A DNA stretch of 63,654 nucleotides, the filler included, from Chiloscyllium plagiosum (lineage: Eukaryota): NCBI RefSeq assembly GCF_004010195.1. It is 5 parts of one record of this genome, joined end to end, with 100 filler letters (N's around TTAATTAATTAA, not from the genome) between each part and the next. Parts side by side here need not be neighbours in the genome. Positions count along the whole stretch, not along the records: positions 59,966 to 63,654 come from NC_057710.1; 4 more parts are not named here. One strand, written 5' to 3'. Position numbers and translations under genes: made by a program. Shown here piece by piece: positions 63,005 through 63,654 of the stretch. A model generated the notes under the pieces. That model was not told where the DNA came from. It worked only from the letters and a program-made list of their open reading frames with translations, and did no database searches. Every line of letters begins with the position of its first letter. The stretch's first letter is position 1.

Positions 63005-63192
63005 CAAAGTTAAAAATCACACAACACCAGGTTATACTCCAACAGTTTTTTTGGAAGCACTAGCTTTCAGAAAATTGCTCCTTCAGCGCTTCGAATGCAA
63101 TGCTTCCAAATAAACCTTTGGAATATAACCTGGCGTTGTGCGATTTTTAACTTTGTCCACCCCAGTCCAACACCGGCTCCTCCACATCATAT
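63005..63192. mobile_element. Palindromic element, family B
   Basis: caaagttaaaaatc / gatttttaactttg arms; 9-bp TSD ctaaatggt at 62996-63004 and 63193-63201. Confidence 0.85.
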
Positions 63193-63488
63193 CTAAATGG
63201 TAAAAGACCGCAGAGCTCTGAGGTTAAAATGAAATCAGTCATGAACTATTGAATGGTGGAGGTGGCTCGAAGGTTTGCGTGGCCTACTCTTGTTCTTTGT
63301 TCATAAATGCAGAGAGCTCTGGGTGTTCTGATACACTACAAAAGTAGGGAGGTTATGTTTCAATTACAGAGAGCACAAAGAGACCACATCTGGATGATTG
63401 TGTACAGTATTGATCTCCTTACTAGAGGGGGGATGCAAATGGTTTGAATCAGTTCAGGAGGTGTTTGCTAGACTAATACCAGGAATGA

Positions 63489-63654
63489 GGTAAAAACAAT
63501 GACTGCAGATGTTGGAAACCAGATTCTGGATTAGTGGTGCTGGAAGAGCACAGCAATTCAGGCAGCATCCGAGGACAGGCAAAATCCGAGGACAGGCAAA
63601 ATTGACGTTTCGGGCAAAAGCCCTTCATCTGGAATAAAGGCAGAGAGCCTGAAG
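63489..63654 (-). mobile_element. PLE tail (family A), cut by window end
   Basis: Same subfamily as 24524; 17-bp tandem duplication at 63567-63600. Confidence 0.9.

Noticed and set aside
1040..63654. Recurring gctggaaaagcacagc repeats as a CRISPR-like array
   Set aside because: Dispersed, in both orientations, no regular spacers, eukaryotic context; they are PLE tails

Overview
Repeat-dense eukaryotic DNA, almost certainly from a cartilaginous fish (shark-like), judged from HE1/V-SINE-type SINEs, CR1/HER1-type LINEs and Neptune-type Penelope-like elements (PLEs). I recognise no intact protein-coding gene. Most long ORFs in the track are decayed LINE or PLE fragments, or artefacts of repeats. 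Content: more than 20 CR1 pieces (three near full length), a second CR1/L2-group LINE, a Rex1/Babar 3' end, four SINE families, Harbinger relics, a (CA)n microsatellite and five assembly gaps. Main signals: (1) three distinct families of short PLE-derived elements, often fold-back palindromes with target-site duplications (TSDs), each carrying a minimal hammerhead-ribozyme motif with covarying stem II, with truncation and fold-back points clustering at the ribozyme; (2) a CR1 5'UTR with two canonical-looking 66-nt GT-AG introns directly before the ORF1 ATG; (3) a repeat-free island at about 44.0-45.0 kb with six consensus TCF/LEF sites, a candidate Wnt-response enhancer; (4) a few candidate + strand exons suggesting the window is intronic. 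Boundaries of decayed repeats are approximate (tens of bp). Family names come from recognition of motifs, not from database searches.
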